Assembly (NCBI GenBank): GCA_965215335.1
Contig: CBDCDA010000002.1
Span: 448,001 to 512,000 of the forward strand
Direction: 5' to 3'
Length of the DNA: 64,000 nt
Origin: an uncultured Candidatus Entotheonella sp.
Lineage (GTDB): Bacteria; Tectomicrobia; Entotheonellia; Entotheonellales; Entotheonellaceae
The notes under the pieces: generated by a model
Told to the model about the DNA's origin: nothing
Databases searched by the model: none
Seen by the model: the letters and a program-made list of their open reading frames with translations, nothing else
Shown: piece by piece, positions 27,425 through 38,455 of the stretch
How positions within the stretch are numbered: the first letter of the stretch is position 1
Layout: each line of letters starts with the position of its first letter
Program-made: the position numbers and the translations under genes

Positions 27425-29992
27425 ATGGCCGAAGTACACCTGGATCCGTACCATTTGTCCCGCAGCGTCATACCGTCGCGTTACGACCTCACCCTGCAGC
27501 CCGACCTGCAGCAGGCGACCTTCACCGGCTCGGTCATCATCGCCCTCGAGGTGATCGATCCCACCGACACCATCTGGCTGAACGCCGCCGACCTGGAAAT
27601 CATCTCCACCTCCCTGGAGGACAACGACGGCAACCACGTGTGCAGCCCCGAGACGGAATTGCTGGCCGACCAGGAACGTTTACGGCTGCGGCTCGGCGCC
27701 CCCCTGCCGCCCGGCGGCTATCGCCTGATGCTGGGCTTCGAGGGCATCCTCAACGACAAGCTGCGCGGCTTTTACCGCTCCGTCTTCAAGGACGACGACG
27801 GCAACGAGCACGTCATCGCCACCACGCAGTTCGAAAGCACCGACGCCCGCCGCGCCTTTCCGTGCTTCGACGAGCCGGACTTCAAGGCCGTTTTCGGTGT
27901 CACCCTCATTGTACCGGACGACCTGTACGCCGTCTCCAACGCCCCCATCATCTCCGAGACGCCCGCCGGCAACGGCTGGCGCCTCGTGTCCTTCGAGGAC
28001 ACCATGAGGATGTCAACCTACCTCGTCGCCTTCATCGTCGGCCCGTTCGAGGCCACCGCGGCGGTGGACGTGGACGGCGTACCGCTGCGTGTCGTCCACC
28101 CCATCGGCAAGGGGCACCTGACGGCATTCGCGCTGGAGGTCGGCGCCTTCGCCCTGCGCCATTTCGCCTCCTACTACGACATCCCCTACCCCGGCCAGAA
28201 GCTGGACCTCGTGGCCATTCCCGACTTCGCTTTCGGAGCCATGGAAAACCTCGGCTGCGTTACCTTCCGCGAGGTCCTGCTGCTCCTCGACCCGCAGCAG
28301 GCGACGCAGCCGGAACGGGTGCGCGCGGCGGACGTCATCGCCCACGAAATCGCCCACATGTGGTTCGGCGACCTGGTCACCATGCGCTGGTGGAACGGCA
28401 TCTGGCTGAATGAGGCGTTTGCCACCTTCATGGGCACCATGGCGGTGGACGCCTTCGCCGCGCAGTGGCAGCGCTGGGTACAGTTCAGCCTGGAGCGCTC
28501 GGCGGCCTTCGACGTGGATTCCCTGCACCACACCCGCCCGATCGAATACCCGGTGCAGTCGCCCAGGGACGCCGACGGCATGTTCGACCTGCTCACCTAC
28601 GAGAAAGGCGGCTCGGTGCTGCGCATGCTGGAGCAGCATCTCGACGCAACGCCGTTCCGCGACGGCATCCGGCATTACCTGAAAAAACACCAGTACGGCA
28701 ACACCGAAACCAACGACCTGTGGGACGCCATCGAGGAAGTAACCGGCGAACCGGCCCGCCGCGTCATGGATTCGTGGATTTTCCAGCGCGGCTTTCCGCT
28801 GTTGTCGGCCACCCGCGACGGGACGGGCAAGCTGATCCTTGCCCAGCAGCGCTTCTGCTTCACGCCGCTGAGCAACGGGGACGACTCGCTGTGGTCGATT
28901 CCCGTCACGCTGCGGTACGGACACGACGGGCAGGCGGCGGAACGACGGGAGTTGCTGGAATCGGCGTCGCTGACGATCGACTTCGCCCACCCCGTCGATT
29001 GGGTGGTGGTCAACGCCGGCGGGCACGGCTTCTACCGGGTGCGCTACGCCCCGGACCTGCTGCAGCAACTCACTCCCATCATGCTCCAGCAACTCACCGC
29101 TATCGAGCGCTACACGCTGGTGGACGATACCTGGGCGTCGGTGCTCTCGGGGAACACGACGGCGGCTGACTTCCTGGCTCTGGCGCAGGGATTGCGGGAC
29201 GAGGACGACCTCGACGTGTGGACTCTGCTGGGCGGCTGCCTGGAACAATTGGGGCGGCTGCTGGACGGGGAGGCCGAATCGCGCTACCAGGCGGTGCTGC
29301 GCGACCTCTATACCCCGACACTGAAGCGGCTGGGATGGACGCCGCAGCCGGACGACACCTCGCGCGCCCTGGAACTGCGGGGCTTGATCATCCGATCTCT
29401 GGCGGTGGCCGCCGACGATGCCGCCGTGCAGGCACAATGCCACGACTTGCACGCCCGTTACCTGCAGGACGGCAGCAGCGTGGAGCCGAACGTCGCCGCT
29501 GCCGCGGCAACGGCGGTGGCCTGCTGCGGCAGCGACGACGATTACGGCGTGTTCGTCGAACGCTTCAAGACCGGCGCCACGCCGCAGGAAGCGCGGCGCT
29601 ACCAGAATCTGCTGGCGTCGTTCCCCGGCACGGATCAGATGTCCACGACGCTGGACATGAGCCTCGACGGCACCGTGCGCACCCAGGACGCGCCCTACCT
29701 GGTTGCGCAATGCCTGCGCAACCGTCGCTGTGGCGAGCAGGCGTGGCGCTTCGTGTGCGACAATTGGGAGGCCATGCTGGAGGCGTATCCCGACAACGCC
29801 ATCGTGCGCATGCTGGACGGCGTCAAGACCCTGTCCCGACCCGACGTCGCCGCCGGCGTGGCGGCGTTTTTCGACAGCCACGCGGTGCCGCAGGGAGAAC
29901 TGACGCTGCGGCAGCATCTGGAGCGGCTGCAGGTGAACGTGGCGCTGCGCGCGCGGGAAGCGAAGCGTCTCGGAGCGGCGTTGATCGGGTGA
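27425..29992 (+). CDS. pepN: M1-family aminopeptidase N with ERAP1-like C-terminus
   Basis: TQFESTDARRAFPCFDEP, GAMEN, HEIAH...NE and YEKGG. Confidence 0.93.
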   Translation: MAEVHLDPYHLSRSVIPSRYDLTLQPDLQQATFTGSVIIALEVIDPTDTIWLNAADLEIISTSLEDNDGNHVCSPETELLADQERLRLRLGAPLPPGGYRLMLGFEGILNDKLRGFYRSVFKDDDGNEHVIATTQFESTDARRAFPCFDEPDFKAVFGVTLIVPDDLYAVSNAPIISETPAGNGWRLVSFEDTMRMSTYLVAFIVGPFEATAAVDVDGVPLRVVHPIGKGHLTAFALEVGAFALRHFASYYDIPYPGQKLDLVAIPDFAFGAMENLGCVTFREVLLLLDPQQATQPERVRAADVIAHEIAHMWFGDLVTMRWWNGIWLNEAFATFMGTMAVDAFAAQWQRWVQFSLERSAAFDVDSLHHTRPIEYPVQSPRDADGMFDLLTYEKGGSVLRMLEQHLDATPFRDGIRHYLKKHQYGNTETNDLWDAIEEVTGEPARRVMDSWIFQRGFPLLSATRDGTGKLILAQQRFCFTPLSNGDDSLWSIPVTLRYGHDGQAAERRELLESASLTIDFAHPVDWVVVNAGGHGFYRVRYAPDLLQQLTPIMLQQLTAIERYTLVDDTWASVLSGNTTAADFLALAQGLRDEDDLDVWTLLGGCLEQLGRLLDGEAESRYQAVLRDLYTPTLKRLGWTPQPDDTSRALELRGLIIRSLAVAADDAAVQAQCHDLHARYLQDGSSVEPNVAAAAATAVACCGSDDDYGVFVERFKTGATPQEARRYQNLLASFPGTDQMSTTLDMSLDGTVRTQDAPYLVAQCLRNRRCGEQAWRFVCDNWEAMLEAYPDNAIVRMLDGVKTLSRPDVAAGVAAFFDSHAVPQGELTLRQHLERLQVNVALRAREAKRLGAALIG

Positions 29993-30262
29993 GTCAAAAG
30001 AAGAGGGGCGCTCTGTGGCATGAACTCAACTTCACCCCCGGAGGCAGAAAAAAAGCGTACCCTCGGACCACAGACCCGAAAGCAGGCTGCTCGCCCGATC
30101 CACTCTTCGGCAACGCCACATCCAGCGCAGCAATCCGAGATCGCCTTTCATGGTACCGATCCCGGTCTTCATGCTGCCATTGTCGGCTCTCGGTTCGTTC
30201 AGCCGCCTGTCAACCTCCTCCCTCCCGGAAGGCTTTATCTGCCGTCATGCAAAGGGGCCTTT

Positions 30263-31021
30263 CTACTGCGCCAGCGCCCCGCCGTCGATGACAAACTCAC
30301 TACCCGTCACGTACGACGCGTCGTCCGAGGCCAGGAACAGCACCCCGGCAACGATCTCATCGACCGACGCCATGCGGCGCAACGGCACCCGCTGCAGGCG
30401 TTGTCGCAGCACTTCCGGGTCGGGCATGGCGTTGTGCAGCATGGCGGTATCGACCGGCCCGGGGTGCACCGAATTGCAGCGAATGTTGTCCTGGGCGCAC
30501 TGGCTGGCGGTCACCTTGCTGAAGATGCGCACCGCCGCCTTGCTCGCCGCGTAGGCCGGTTCCTGGTGCGCCGACTGGCCGATCCCCGCGACGGACGAGA
30601 TGTTCACGATGGCGCCGCCGCCCGCCTTGCGCATCTCCGGGATGGCGTGCTTGGTGCCCAGAAACACCCCCTTGGCGTTCACCGCCATCACCCGGTCCCA
30701 TTCCGCCTCCGAGCGTACCTCGATCGGTACCCGCGGGATGGTTATACCGGCATTGTTGACAAGGATGTCCAATCTGTCGAACCGTCGCACCGTCTCGTCG
30801 ATCGCCTGCCGCCAATCCGCCTCGCTCGACACGTCCAGGTGTACATAAGCCGCCCCCAGGCCGTCGGTCAGCAGTTCGGCTTCCAGCTTGCGGCCGTCGT
30901 CGTCGGCAACGTCACCGAACACCACCCTGGCGCCTTCCCGCGCGAATGTCCTGACCTCCGCGGCGCCCTGACCGCGCGCGCCGCCGCTGACCAGCGCCAC
31001 CTTGCCGTCCAATTTGCCCAT
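30263..31021 (-). CDS. Short-chain dehydrogenase/reductase (cyclopentanol/hydroxysteroid DH-like)
   Basis: SGGARGQG, NNAG, YAASK and SVHPG. Confidence 0.92.
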   Translation of the reverse strand: MGKLDGKVALVSGGARGQGAAEVRTFAREGARVVFGDVADDDGRKLEAELLTDGLGAAYVHLDVSSEADWRQAIDETVRRFDRLDILVNNAGITIPRVPIEVRSEAEWDRVMAVNAKGVFLGTKHAIPEMRKAGGGAIVNISSVAGIGQSAHQEPAYAASKAAVRIFSKVTASQCAQDNIRCNSVHPGPVDTAMLHNAMPDPEVLRQRLQRVPLRRMASVDEIVAGVLFLASDDASYVTGSEFVIDGGALAQ

Positions 31022-31068
31022 GATCCTGCCCCCCAAGCATGCCGCCTTGCGCCCGCGACTACCCGCGA

Positions 31069-32040
31069 CTAGAAGAAATACTCCCGCTCGCGCAGGGTGG
31101 GATACAGCCCCGCGACCCACGGGCCGTAGCCGTTGAAAATCACCGTGTCGTAGCGCTCGTCGGTGCCCAGCATGCGCTCAGTGGCCTGCGACCAGCGCGG
31201 GTGCGCCACCGCCGGGTTGACGTTGGCCCAGAAGCCGTATTCCTTCGGCGCCAAGGTTTCCCAGAAGCTGATGGGCCGCTCCTTGACGAACTCGATGGAC
31301 ACGATCGACTTGATGCTCTTGAAGCCGTACTTCCACGGCGTGACGAGGCGCAGCGGGGCGCCGTGCTGCCTGGGAAGCGGATGCCCGTAGACGCCGGTCA
31401 CCAGCAGGGTGAGCTCGTTCATCGCCTCCTCGATGGTCAACCCCTCTTCGTACGGCCAGGGATACCAGATGCGCAACTGATTCAGCGCCACGGTGCGATG
31501 CAGGAAGGTCGTCAGCTTGACATGGCGGGCCTGCATGGAAGGCTGTACCTTCCTCATCAAGGCGGAGAACGGGAACCCGGTCCACGGCACCGCCATGGCC
31601 CAGGCCTCGACGCAGCGCAGACGGTACAGGCGCTCCTCGAGCGGCATGGCGCGGATGAGGTCGTCGATGTCGAACGTCTGTGGATTGTTGACCAGGCCGC
31701 CGACCTCCACCTGCCAGGGGCGGATTTTCAGGCGCTGCGCCAGGCGCGAGATGGTCTTGACGGGGCCGAACTCGTAGAAATTATTGTAGGCAGCGGCGAC
31801 CGCCTCCTCCGTCACCGGGCGGTCGAGAGTAAACTCCGGGTTGCGCGCCGCCGGATACAGGTCAAGGGTCTTGTCCTCGTCATCGGCCGCGGCGAAGCCG
31901 ATGCCGCCCGCGCCGCCGAGGATGCCGCCGGCCGCCATCGCTGCGCTGCCGGCCAGGAACTTGCGGCGCTGCATGAACACCGATTCGGGCGTGGCTTTGC
32001 TCTCGGGAATCATCCAACCGGGTCTGCGATGGTAATGCAT
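31069..32040 (-). CDS. msrP: Protein-methionine-sulfoxide reductase catalytic subunit (Tat molybdoenzyme)
   Basis: QRRKFL Tat signal, YNNFYEFG, RLRCVEAW, WKYGFKSIK and HPRWSQATER. Confidence 0.95.
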   Translation of the reverse strand: MHYHRRPGWMIPESKATPESVFMQRRKFLAGSAAMAAGGILGGAGGIGFAAADDEDKTLDLYPAARNPEFTLDRPVTEEAVAAAYNNFYEFGPVKTISRLAQRLKIRPWQVEVGGLVNNPQTFDIDDLIRAMPLEERLYRLRCVEAWAMAVPWTGFPFSALMRKVQPSMQARHVKLTTFLHRTVALNQLRIWYPWPYEEGLTIEEAMNELTLLVTGVYGHPLPRQHGAPLRLVTPWKYGFKSIKSIVSIEFVKERPISFWETLAPKEYGFWANVNPAVAHPRWSQATERMLGTDERYDTVIFNGYGPWVAGLYPTLREREYFF

Positions 32041-32055
32041 GCCTGATCCTCCTTG

Positions 32056-32616
32056 TCAGCGGCTTTCGACCCCGGCCGCCAAGAGACGTTCAATGAGCCG
32101 GTGCGCCTGTGGCGCGGTCCAGTCGCGGTAACCCATGCCGCCCGCCACCACGTGACCGCGGCGGTCGATCAGGAAATTCGTCGGCGTCGCCTGGATGCCA
32201 AACGCATGCTCGGCCCTCGCCTCCGGGTCCATGACGTGCGGGAAACTGAGGCTGTGCCTGGCAACGTAAGCCCTCACCTGCTCCGCCGTCTCGCCCATGT
32301 TCACCGCCAGAATCGCCAGGCCATCGCCTTTGTACCTCCTGTACAACGCCTCAAGTGCAACCCGCTCCCGCTCGCAATAATGGCACCAGGTGGTCCAGAA
32401 ATTGAGGATGAGCACGCGGTCCTGAAACGACAGCAGGGGCACCGGCCTGCCGTCCACGTCCGGCAGGCTGACGTCCGGCAGGGCGATGGATTCGGGAAAG
32501 AGGAAGAAGTTCAGAGCTTCGTAGTCCGCCTCGTCGGCAACAGCGGCGCGGTGCGGAAGCGTGGTGCCGAGAACAAGCACCGCGGCGATCAGTGCGGCAA
32601 CGATCCAACGTTTCAT
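32056..32616 (-). CDS. TlpA-family thiol-disulfide oxidoreductase
   Basis: Signal peptide, LNFWTTWCHYC, ATPTNFLID and GYRDW. Confidence 0.88.
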   Translation of the reverse strand: MKRWIVAALIAAVLVLGTTLPHRAAVADEADYEALNFFLFPESIALPDVSLPDVDGRPVPLLSFQDRVLILNFWTTWCHYCERERVALEALYRRYKGDGLAILAVNMGETAEQVRAYVARHSLSFPHVMDPEARAEHAFGIQATPTNFLIDRRGHVVAGGMGYRDWTAPQAHRLIERLLAAGVESR

Positions 32617-32737
32617 GGTGGGTTCCATTTCCTCGACCAACGACAGCTTGACGTGCCGTCGGCGTTGCTGGCTGGTTCGTTTTTCCTTTTCCAACACGAA
32701 AACCCAGGAAGGCAGGGCTACATTCCTGAATTCCAGG

Positions 32738-35029
32738 TCAGCCCCCCTGCAAGTGAGCAAGCTGCCACTCGGGCCGAAAACGGCGCAGGCGCAGGGAGTT
32801 GCACACCACCGACACCGAGCTCAGCGCCATGGCTGCGGCGGCCAGAGCCGGATTGAGCGACACGCCGAAGACGGGATACAGCACCCCGGCGGCTACGGGG
32901 ATGCCCAGCAGGTTGTAGATGAAGGCCCAGAAGAGATTCTGCCGGATGGTGCGCATCGTGCGGCGGGAAAGCTGCATGGCGGTCGCAATGCTGCGTACAT
33001 CGCCGGTGATCAGGGTCACGTCGGCCGCCGCCATGGCCACGTCGGTGCCGCTGCCGATAGCGATGCCGACGTCGGCCTGCGCCAAGGCCGGGGCGTCGTT
33101 GATGCCGTCGCCAACCATCGCGACGCACTTGCCTTGCGCCTGCAGTTGCTTCACTTGCGCGGCTTTCTGGTCGGGCATGACCTCGGCGAGGACGGTGTCG
33201 ATGCCGAGCTGGCGCGCCACGGCTTGGGCGCTGAGGTGATGGTCGCCGGTGAGCACGAGCACCTCGAGGCCGAGCCGTTGCAGGGCGACAACCGCCTCGT
33301 GGGCGTGCGGCTTGAGGGTGTCGGCAACCGCGATGACCCCGGCGGCGTGGCGGTCCAGGGCGACGAAAACCGGGGTTTTGCCGTCGCCAGCCAGGCGATC
33401 GGCGACTTCTTCGAGCTTGCCGAGCGAAATGCCCGCCCGCTGCATGAGAGCATGATTGCCAAGCAGAACCGAATGAGCACCGACCACCGCCGACATGCCC
33501 TGACCTGGCAGAGCTTCGGCGTCGTGGGCGGCTTCGAGTTCCAACCCTCCCCGGACCCCTCCCGGCGGGCAGGGAACTTCAGTGGCGCGCGCGGCCGCGA
33601 CAATGGCCTGCGCGACCGGGTGCTCGGAGGCTTGCTCCGTCGAGGCGGCCAGGCGCAACACCTCGGATTCGGTGAAGCCGTTATGGGTAACGACGTCGGT
33701 GACGCCCGGCCGGCCCTGCGTGAGGGTGCCGGTCTTGTCCAGAATCACCGCCTGGAGCTTGTGGGCGGTTTCCAGAGCGGGGCTGCTTTTGAACAGGATG
33801 CCGTGCTCGGCGCCCTTGCCCGTGCCGACCCGGATGGCCGTGGGGGTGGCCAGCCCCAGCGCGCAGGGGCAGGCGACGATCAGCACGGCAACGAAGTTGA
33901 GCAGCGCGAATGCAATGGCCGGGGTCGGGCCCCACAGCAGCCAGGCGGCGAAGGTCAGCAGGGCAACGCCGATCACCACGGGCACGAATATGCCGGCCAC
34001 TTGGTCGGCCAGCCGCTGGATGGGCGCTTTGGAACCCTGCGCCTCTTCGACCAGCCGGACGATCTGCGCCAGCACGGTGTCGCGCCCAACCCGCGTGGCG
34101 CGCATGGTAAAGCTGCCGGCCTTGTTGAGCGTGGCGCCGAAGACGGGATCACCGGCGGCCTTGTCCAGCGGCAGGCTCTCGCCGGTGAGCATCGACTCGT
34201 CGAGCGTCGAGTGGCCCTCGGTAATAACGCCGTCGACCGGCACCTTTTCGCCCGGCCGCGCCAGCACCAGATCGCCGACCGTCACGTCCCGCACCGGGAT
34301 GTCCACGGTCTCGCCGCCGCGCCACACGCGAGCCGTCCTGGCCTGCAGGCCCATGAGCTTGCGGATGGCCTCGGAGGTCTGGCCGCGCGCCCGCGCTTCG
34401 AGCAGGCGGCCCAGGATGATCAGGGTGAGAATCATGACGGCGGTATCGAAGTAGACGTGCGTGCCGACGCCAAGGCGGGCGAAGACCTGCGGCAGAAAGG
34501 TGACCGCGGCGCTGTACAGGTAGGCGGCGGAGGTGCCGAGGGCGATGAGGGTGCTCATGTCGGCACTCTTTTGCCTCAGCGCCGCCCAGGTGCCCTGGTA
34601 GAACGACCAGCCGACCCAGAACTGCACCGGCGTGGCAAGAGCAAGGAGAACGCCCGGTTGCCGAAGCCAGCCAGGCGTCCAAGGGAACAAGGCGGGCATG
34701 GAACCGAGCATGACCGACAGGCCAATCGCCAAACTGACGATCAGCTTGCGACTGAGGTCGCGGATTTCCGCCATCCACGCCAAGCGTTCGTGGTCAATGG
34801 GTTCGTCGAGATCGGCCTCGGGAACGGTATAACCGACGTCCTCGATCTTGCGGCTGATGGCTTGGCGGTTCAGATCCGCCGGATCGAAATGTATCGTGGC
34901 CTTTGCGGTGGCGAAATTGACCTGCGCCTGCTGCACGCCGGCAAGACCCTGCAGGGCCTTTTCGATGCGTCCGGCGCATCCGGCACAGTGCATGCCGCTG
35001 ATGGGCAAATCAAGGCGTTGCGTTGCCAT
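32738..35029 (-). CDS. copA: Cu(I)-translocating P1B-type ATPase
   Basis: GMHCAGC (HMA), TGES, CPC, DKTGT, SEHP, GDGIND, YN and MALSS. Confidence 0.95.
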   Translation of the reverse strand: MATQRLDLPISGMHCAGCAGRIEKALQGLAGVQQAQVNFATAKATIHFDPADLNRQAISRKIEDVGYTVPEADLDEPIDHERLAWMAEIRDLSRKLIVSLAIGLSVMLGSMPALFPWTPGWLRQPGVLLALATPVQFWVGWSFYQGTWAALRQKSADMSTLIALGTSAAYLYSAAVTFLPQVFARLGVGTHVYFDTAVMILTLIILGRLLEARARGQTSEAIRKLMGLQARTARVWRGGETVDIPVRDVTVGDLVLARPGEKVPVDGVITEGHSTLDESMLTGESLPLDKAAGDPVFGATLNKAGSFTMRATRVGRDTVLAQIVRLVEEAQGSKAPIQRLADQVAGIFVPVVIGVALLTFAAWLLWGPTPAIAFALLNFVAVLIVACPCALGLATPTAIRVGTGKGAEHGILFKSSPALETAHKLQAVILDKTGTLTQGRPGVTDVVTHNGFTESEVLRLAASTEQASEHPVAQAIVAAARATEVPCPPGGVRGGLELEAAHDAEALPGQGMSAVVGAHSVLLGNHALMQRAGISLGKLEEVADRLAGDGKTPVFVALDRHAAGVIAVADTLKPHAHEAVVALQRLGLEVLVLTGDHHLSAQAVARQLGIDTVLAEVMPDQKAAQVKQLQAQGKCVAMVGDGINDAPALAQADVGIAIGSGTDVAMAAADVTLITGDVRSIATAMQLSRRTMRTIRQNLFWAFIYNLLGIPVAAGVLYPVFGVSLNPALAAAAMALSSVSVVCNSLRLRRFRPEWQLAHLQGG

Positions 35030-35080
35030 ACCTTGGGATATTCTCCACGCCAGAGCCGGACCGCCCCCGGCATCTGAAAC

Positions 35081-35974
35081 CTACCCTTCGTACACCTCCT
35101 TGAAACGACGAATGGTAGCGATATGTTCCTGAGCCGTGGCAAGCCCGGCGCCGGTGGTGCCGACGCCGAGATGGGTGGCGCCTGCCGCTTTCCAGGCGTT
35201 GGCCTCGTCAATCCAGGCTTGCGGGCCGGCGTCGGCGTTCAAGGTGATGCGACCTTCGAGGCCGAGGCTCGCCGGGTCCCTGCCGGCCTCGTCGACGTAG
35301 CGGCGGATACGATCGATGACTTGACGGCCTTCATCGCTCAGGGAGAACAACGGGAACCATCCGTCGGCCAAACGCGCGATGCGGCGCATGGCTGCGTCGA
35401 GAGGCATCGGACGCGCCGGCGCGCCGGCGCCGATCCAGATGGGAATAGGGCGCTGTACCGGCAGCGGCTTGATGCCAGCGTGAGCGATCCGGTGCCACTG
35501 ACCCTGATAATCCAGGACCTCCTGCGTCCATAACAGGCGCAGCACCGCGATCTGTTCCTCGCAGCGCCTGCCGCGCGAGCGCCAGTCCTCGTTCAGCGCC
35601 TCGTACTCCACCGGATTCCAGCCGACACCGATGCCCAGGCGCACCCGCCCGCCGCTGAGTACGTCCACCTGCGCCGCTTGCTTGGCCACCAACGCCGTCT
35701 GCCGCTGCGGCAGGATGATGATGCCGGTGGTCAGCTCCAGGCTTGTCGTTATCGCAGCCAGATACGCCATCAGCGTGAACGGCTCGTGGATGTAGCTCTC
35801 GTGCGTGTAATAGAACGCCGGTACCTCCGGGTGAAACTGCGGGTCGGCGCCCAAAACGTGGTCCAAAATCCTCAGGTGCGAGTATCCCAGCTCGTCCGCG
35901 GTCTGCACAAAATCCCGTGAGGCGGTAAAATCCGCCCCGATATCCACAGTCGGAAACGCAACCCCAACGCGCAT
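35081..35974 (-). CDS. LLM-class (probably F420-dependent) oxidoreductase
   Basis: DHVLG, HEPF, LPQRQTALVAKQAA, GIGVGWN and PIPIWIG. Confidence 0.88.
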   Translation of the reverse strand: MRVGVAFPTVDIGADFTASRDFVQTADELGYSHLRILDHVLGADPQFHPEVPAFYYTHESYIHEPFTLMAYLAAITTSLELTTGIIILPQRQTALVAKQAAQVDVLSGGRVRLGIGVGWNPVEYEALNEDWRSRGRRCEEQIAVLRLLWTQEVLDYQGQWHRIAHAGIKPLPVQRPIPIWIGAGAPARPMPLDAAMRRIARLADGWFPLFSLSDEGRQVIDRIRRYVDEAGRDPASLGLEGRITLNADAGPQAWIDEANAWKAAGATHLGVGTTGAGLATAQEHIATIRRFKEVYEG

Positions 35975-36287
35975 GTCGCCAACACCTTTCCCAAGCGTTT
36001 TCACCGTGCCTCAGGAGGCCGTCATGTTGCCGAGCAGCATAAGACCTTCACCCCCCGTTTTCAACTCGCTGGCACTCGGCGCAGGCGATCCGGACTGCGT
36101 GCATCACTCCGCCCTGGACGAGATGGGTGAAGTGTGCGCATCGCTCCGCGGATGCGAAAGACCAGGCGGAAATGCTGGCCACCATGATTCAGGGAGACAG
36201 GCTGCGAGACCTCAGCGACCTGCCGTTCGATCTCACGGTTTAATGCACTTCCGCTGTCCAAAGTCCGTGGCGTGACAGCCCGGCTGC

Positions 36288-37085
36288 TCAATCGCCATCG
36301 GTCGGGTATTGAAAATCGGGCATGGACCTCATGAGCGCGGACACAATCGCGGGCGGTGCTTTTGCAACCAGGTCTGCCAGAATACCTTGAACGGCTTGCC
36401 CAGGACTCCGGCCCTGCAACAGTTCCTCGGGCGACACGGCATCGTCGCCGTCAGCATCGTACGAGTCGCTCAGGTGGCTGACAACAAAGGGACCCAATAC
36501 GGAAGCCGCGAGTTGGGCGAAGAGGAGCTTGTCCAAAGAAACGAACGCTTCCCGCTGCTGGGCGGCAATCCCGCCATAGGCGATGAAGAAGCTGGCCGTG
36601 CGCATCGCCTGTCTGAACTCGGCGCGTGAAAACGTCCCGTCTCCGGTGACGTCAATCAGGCCGACAACCGCCGCGACACATCGTGTCGTGATACCGTCCA
36701 TATTCCTGCACGACGCGAGCAGATCATCGAGTTCGCTGAAAACGGCAACGACATCGGTAAACAGCAGGGACATGGACCCCGGCAGGCCGTCGCACTGCTT
36801 GAGGTCATCCAAGAACAGGACCCGTTCACGCGCTTCGCCTCTTACCCTCAGCATGACGGCCTCGCCCGCCCATTCGGCCGGGACGACCGCAACCTCGGTC
36901 TCCGACCCCTCCCGTTCGATCATCAGGACGAGACGCGAATTCACGAGAAGCGTGAGACCATCCTGACCGCATTCCGCCGTGCTCCAGACTCCCGTCGCCC
37001 GCTCCGGTACGGGCCCGGCCGTGCACAGCGAGCCGCACAAGGTGAGAGCCGCAAGGCCAGCCATCAAGAAAACAGACCCTTTCAT
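36288..37085 (-). CDS. Secreted hypothetical protein with two EF-hand-like loops
   Basis: Signal peptide; DVTGDGTFSRAEF and DADGDDAVSPEEL; several Cys. Confidence 0.6.
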   Translation of the reverse strand: MKGSVFLMAGLAALTLCGSLCTAGPVPERATGVWSTAECGQDGLTLLVNSRLVLMIEREGSETEVAVVPAEWAGEAVMLRVRGEARERVLFLDDLKQCDGLPGSMSLLFTDVVAVFSELDDLLASCRNMDGITTRCVAAVVGLIDVTGDGTFSRAEFRQAMRTASFFIAYGGIAAQQREAFVSLDKLLFAQLAASVLGPFVVSHLSDSYDADGDDAVSPEELLQGRSPGQAVQGILADLVAKAPPAIVSALMRSMPDFQYPTDGD

Positions 37086-37290
37086 CCATCCTCCTTCCCG
37101 CTTGTCGCCCCGAACAGAAACCGCCACCGAACAATCCTCTCATCATACCGCAAGGCCCGCGAATGTCTGCCTGACTTGCCGCCCGTGCAAATGGCATTCC
37201 CCCGCCCCATGCGGTACAATGGCGTCCCGCCAGGCGGTCTCGCGCACCCACGACCCTGTCCAGTCACCACCCGCTAGCGAGAACGGCGCC

Positions 37291-38076
37291 ATGAGGGACG
37301 CATTTCGCAAGGCCCGACTTAAAAAGATGGTCGAAGACACGAAGACGTGGCAGGGCCGGACATTCGACCATGTGGTCAAGGGCCTGATCATCTTCTCGAT
37401 TGTCAGCTATTCCATCGAGACACTGCCGGATTTGTCCTCCCGCACGCAGCGCTTCTTTCATGCCCTGGAAGTGGCGGTCGTCCTCCTATTCACGCTGGAG
37501 TACGCCCTGCGCATCTATGTGGCGGACAGAAAGCTGGCCTATGTCTTCAGCCCGCTGGGCATCATCGACCTGCTGGCCATTCTGCCGTTTTACATCCTCC
37601 TTGGCGGCGCCGATTCCCGTGCCGTGCGGGCCCTGCGCCTGTTGCGGATCGCCCGAACGCTCAAGCTGATGCGCTACCACCTGGCCATTGACCGGGTGCT
37701 ACGGGCCGTGGTCATCGCCAGGGAAGAAATCGTGCTGTTCTTCTCCTTCACGGCCATAGCCCTCTACCTCGCCGCCAGCGGTATTCACTACTTCGAAAGT
37801 GAGGTGCAGCCCGACAAATTCGGGTCGGTTTTCCATGGCCTGTGGTGGGCCGTCGTGACGCTGACCACCGTGGGCTACGGCGATGTCTACCCGGTAACCA
37901 CGGGCGGGCGGTTGTTCACCTTTCTCATCCTCATGATCGGCATGGGCATCATCGCCGTGCCTCCTGGCATCATCTCCTCCGCCCTCTCCAAGGCACGGCA
38001 GGAGCAGGACAGGGCGGATAAATCCACACCCTCGAATCAAGAGACAAAAAAGCAACCCACAAAGATGGATACATGA
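37291..38076 (+). CDS. Voltage-gated-type potassium channel (ion transporter)
   Basis: IIDLLAILP, S4-like RAVRALRLLRIARTLK and selectivity filter TTVGYGD. Confidence 0.92.
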   Translation: MRDAFRKARLKKMVEDTKTWQGRTFDHVVKGLIIFSIVSYSIETLPDLSSRTQRFFHALEVAVVLLFTLEYALRIYVADRKLAYVFSPLGIIDLLAILPFYILLGGADSRAVRALRLLRIARTLKLMRYHLAIDRVLRAVVIAREEIVLFFSFTAIALYLAASGIHYFESEVQPDKFGSVFHGLWWAVVTLTTVGYGDVYPVTTGGRLFTFLILMIGMGIIAVPPGIISSALSKARQEQDRADKSTPSNQETKKQPTKMDT

Positions 38077-38230
38077 TACGTTGTCCCCATTCCGGGTAAG
38101 CCCCGATGCTGGACCTGGAACGCCTGAATATTGACGCGGAGGCATCTTTTGAGGACGTAAACAGTCATGGCCGGTTGCCGACCCGACGACTTCAGCATCC
38201 TGCAGGCGGCAACGGCGGCGGCTGAGCTTG

Positions 38231-38356
38231 ATGGTCGCGGCATGCCCGGAGGACATCATGCTGGTGGTGCCGGGCGGCCCGGGGGTCAAATCGACCCGCG
38301 TCCCGACGTGGGGCGGGGGCACGCGGGCCGTGACGCGGGTCGTTGAACAGGAGTGA
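38231..38356 (+). pseudogene. C-terminal remnant of a conserved hypothetical protein (resembles the partner of UGSC-type redox proteins)
   Basis: PEDIMLVVPGGPGVKSTRVPTWGGGTRAVTRVVE*; no upstream body is present. Confidence 0.45.
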
Positions 38357-38455
38357 CGGGGACGTTACACTTTGGTGCGCGGCACCCAAGGCATCGCAGG
38401 CGGGCAGCCGTTCGGCGAGCAACAGCAAAACAACGAAACGATCAGGGGAATTCGC

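Noticed and set aside
30060..30248. Possible remnant of a DUF1640-like coiled-coil gene on the minus strand (EVDRRLNE...MKGDLGLLRWM)
   Set aside because: There is no intact start and low-complexity similarity is unreliable.
32561..35077. Long antisense ORFs (838 aa here; also 1690-3915, 5165-6976, 28013-29917, 50120-52153)
   Set aside because: They are shadow frames of real high-GC genes, with no motifs of their own.
36005..36287. Unannotated gap with short ORFs
   Set aside because: No recognisable motif, RBS-supported start or RNA structure.
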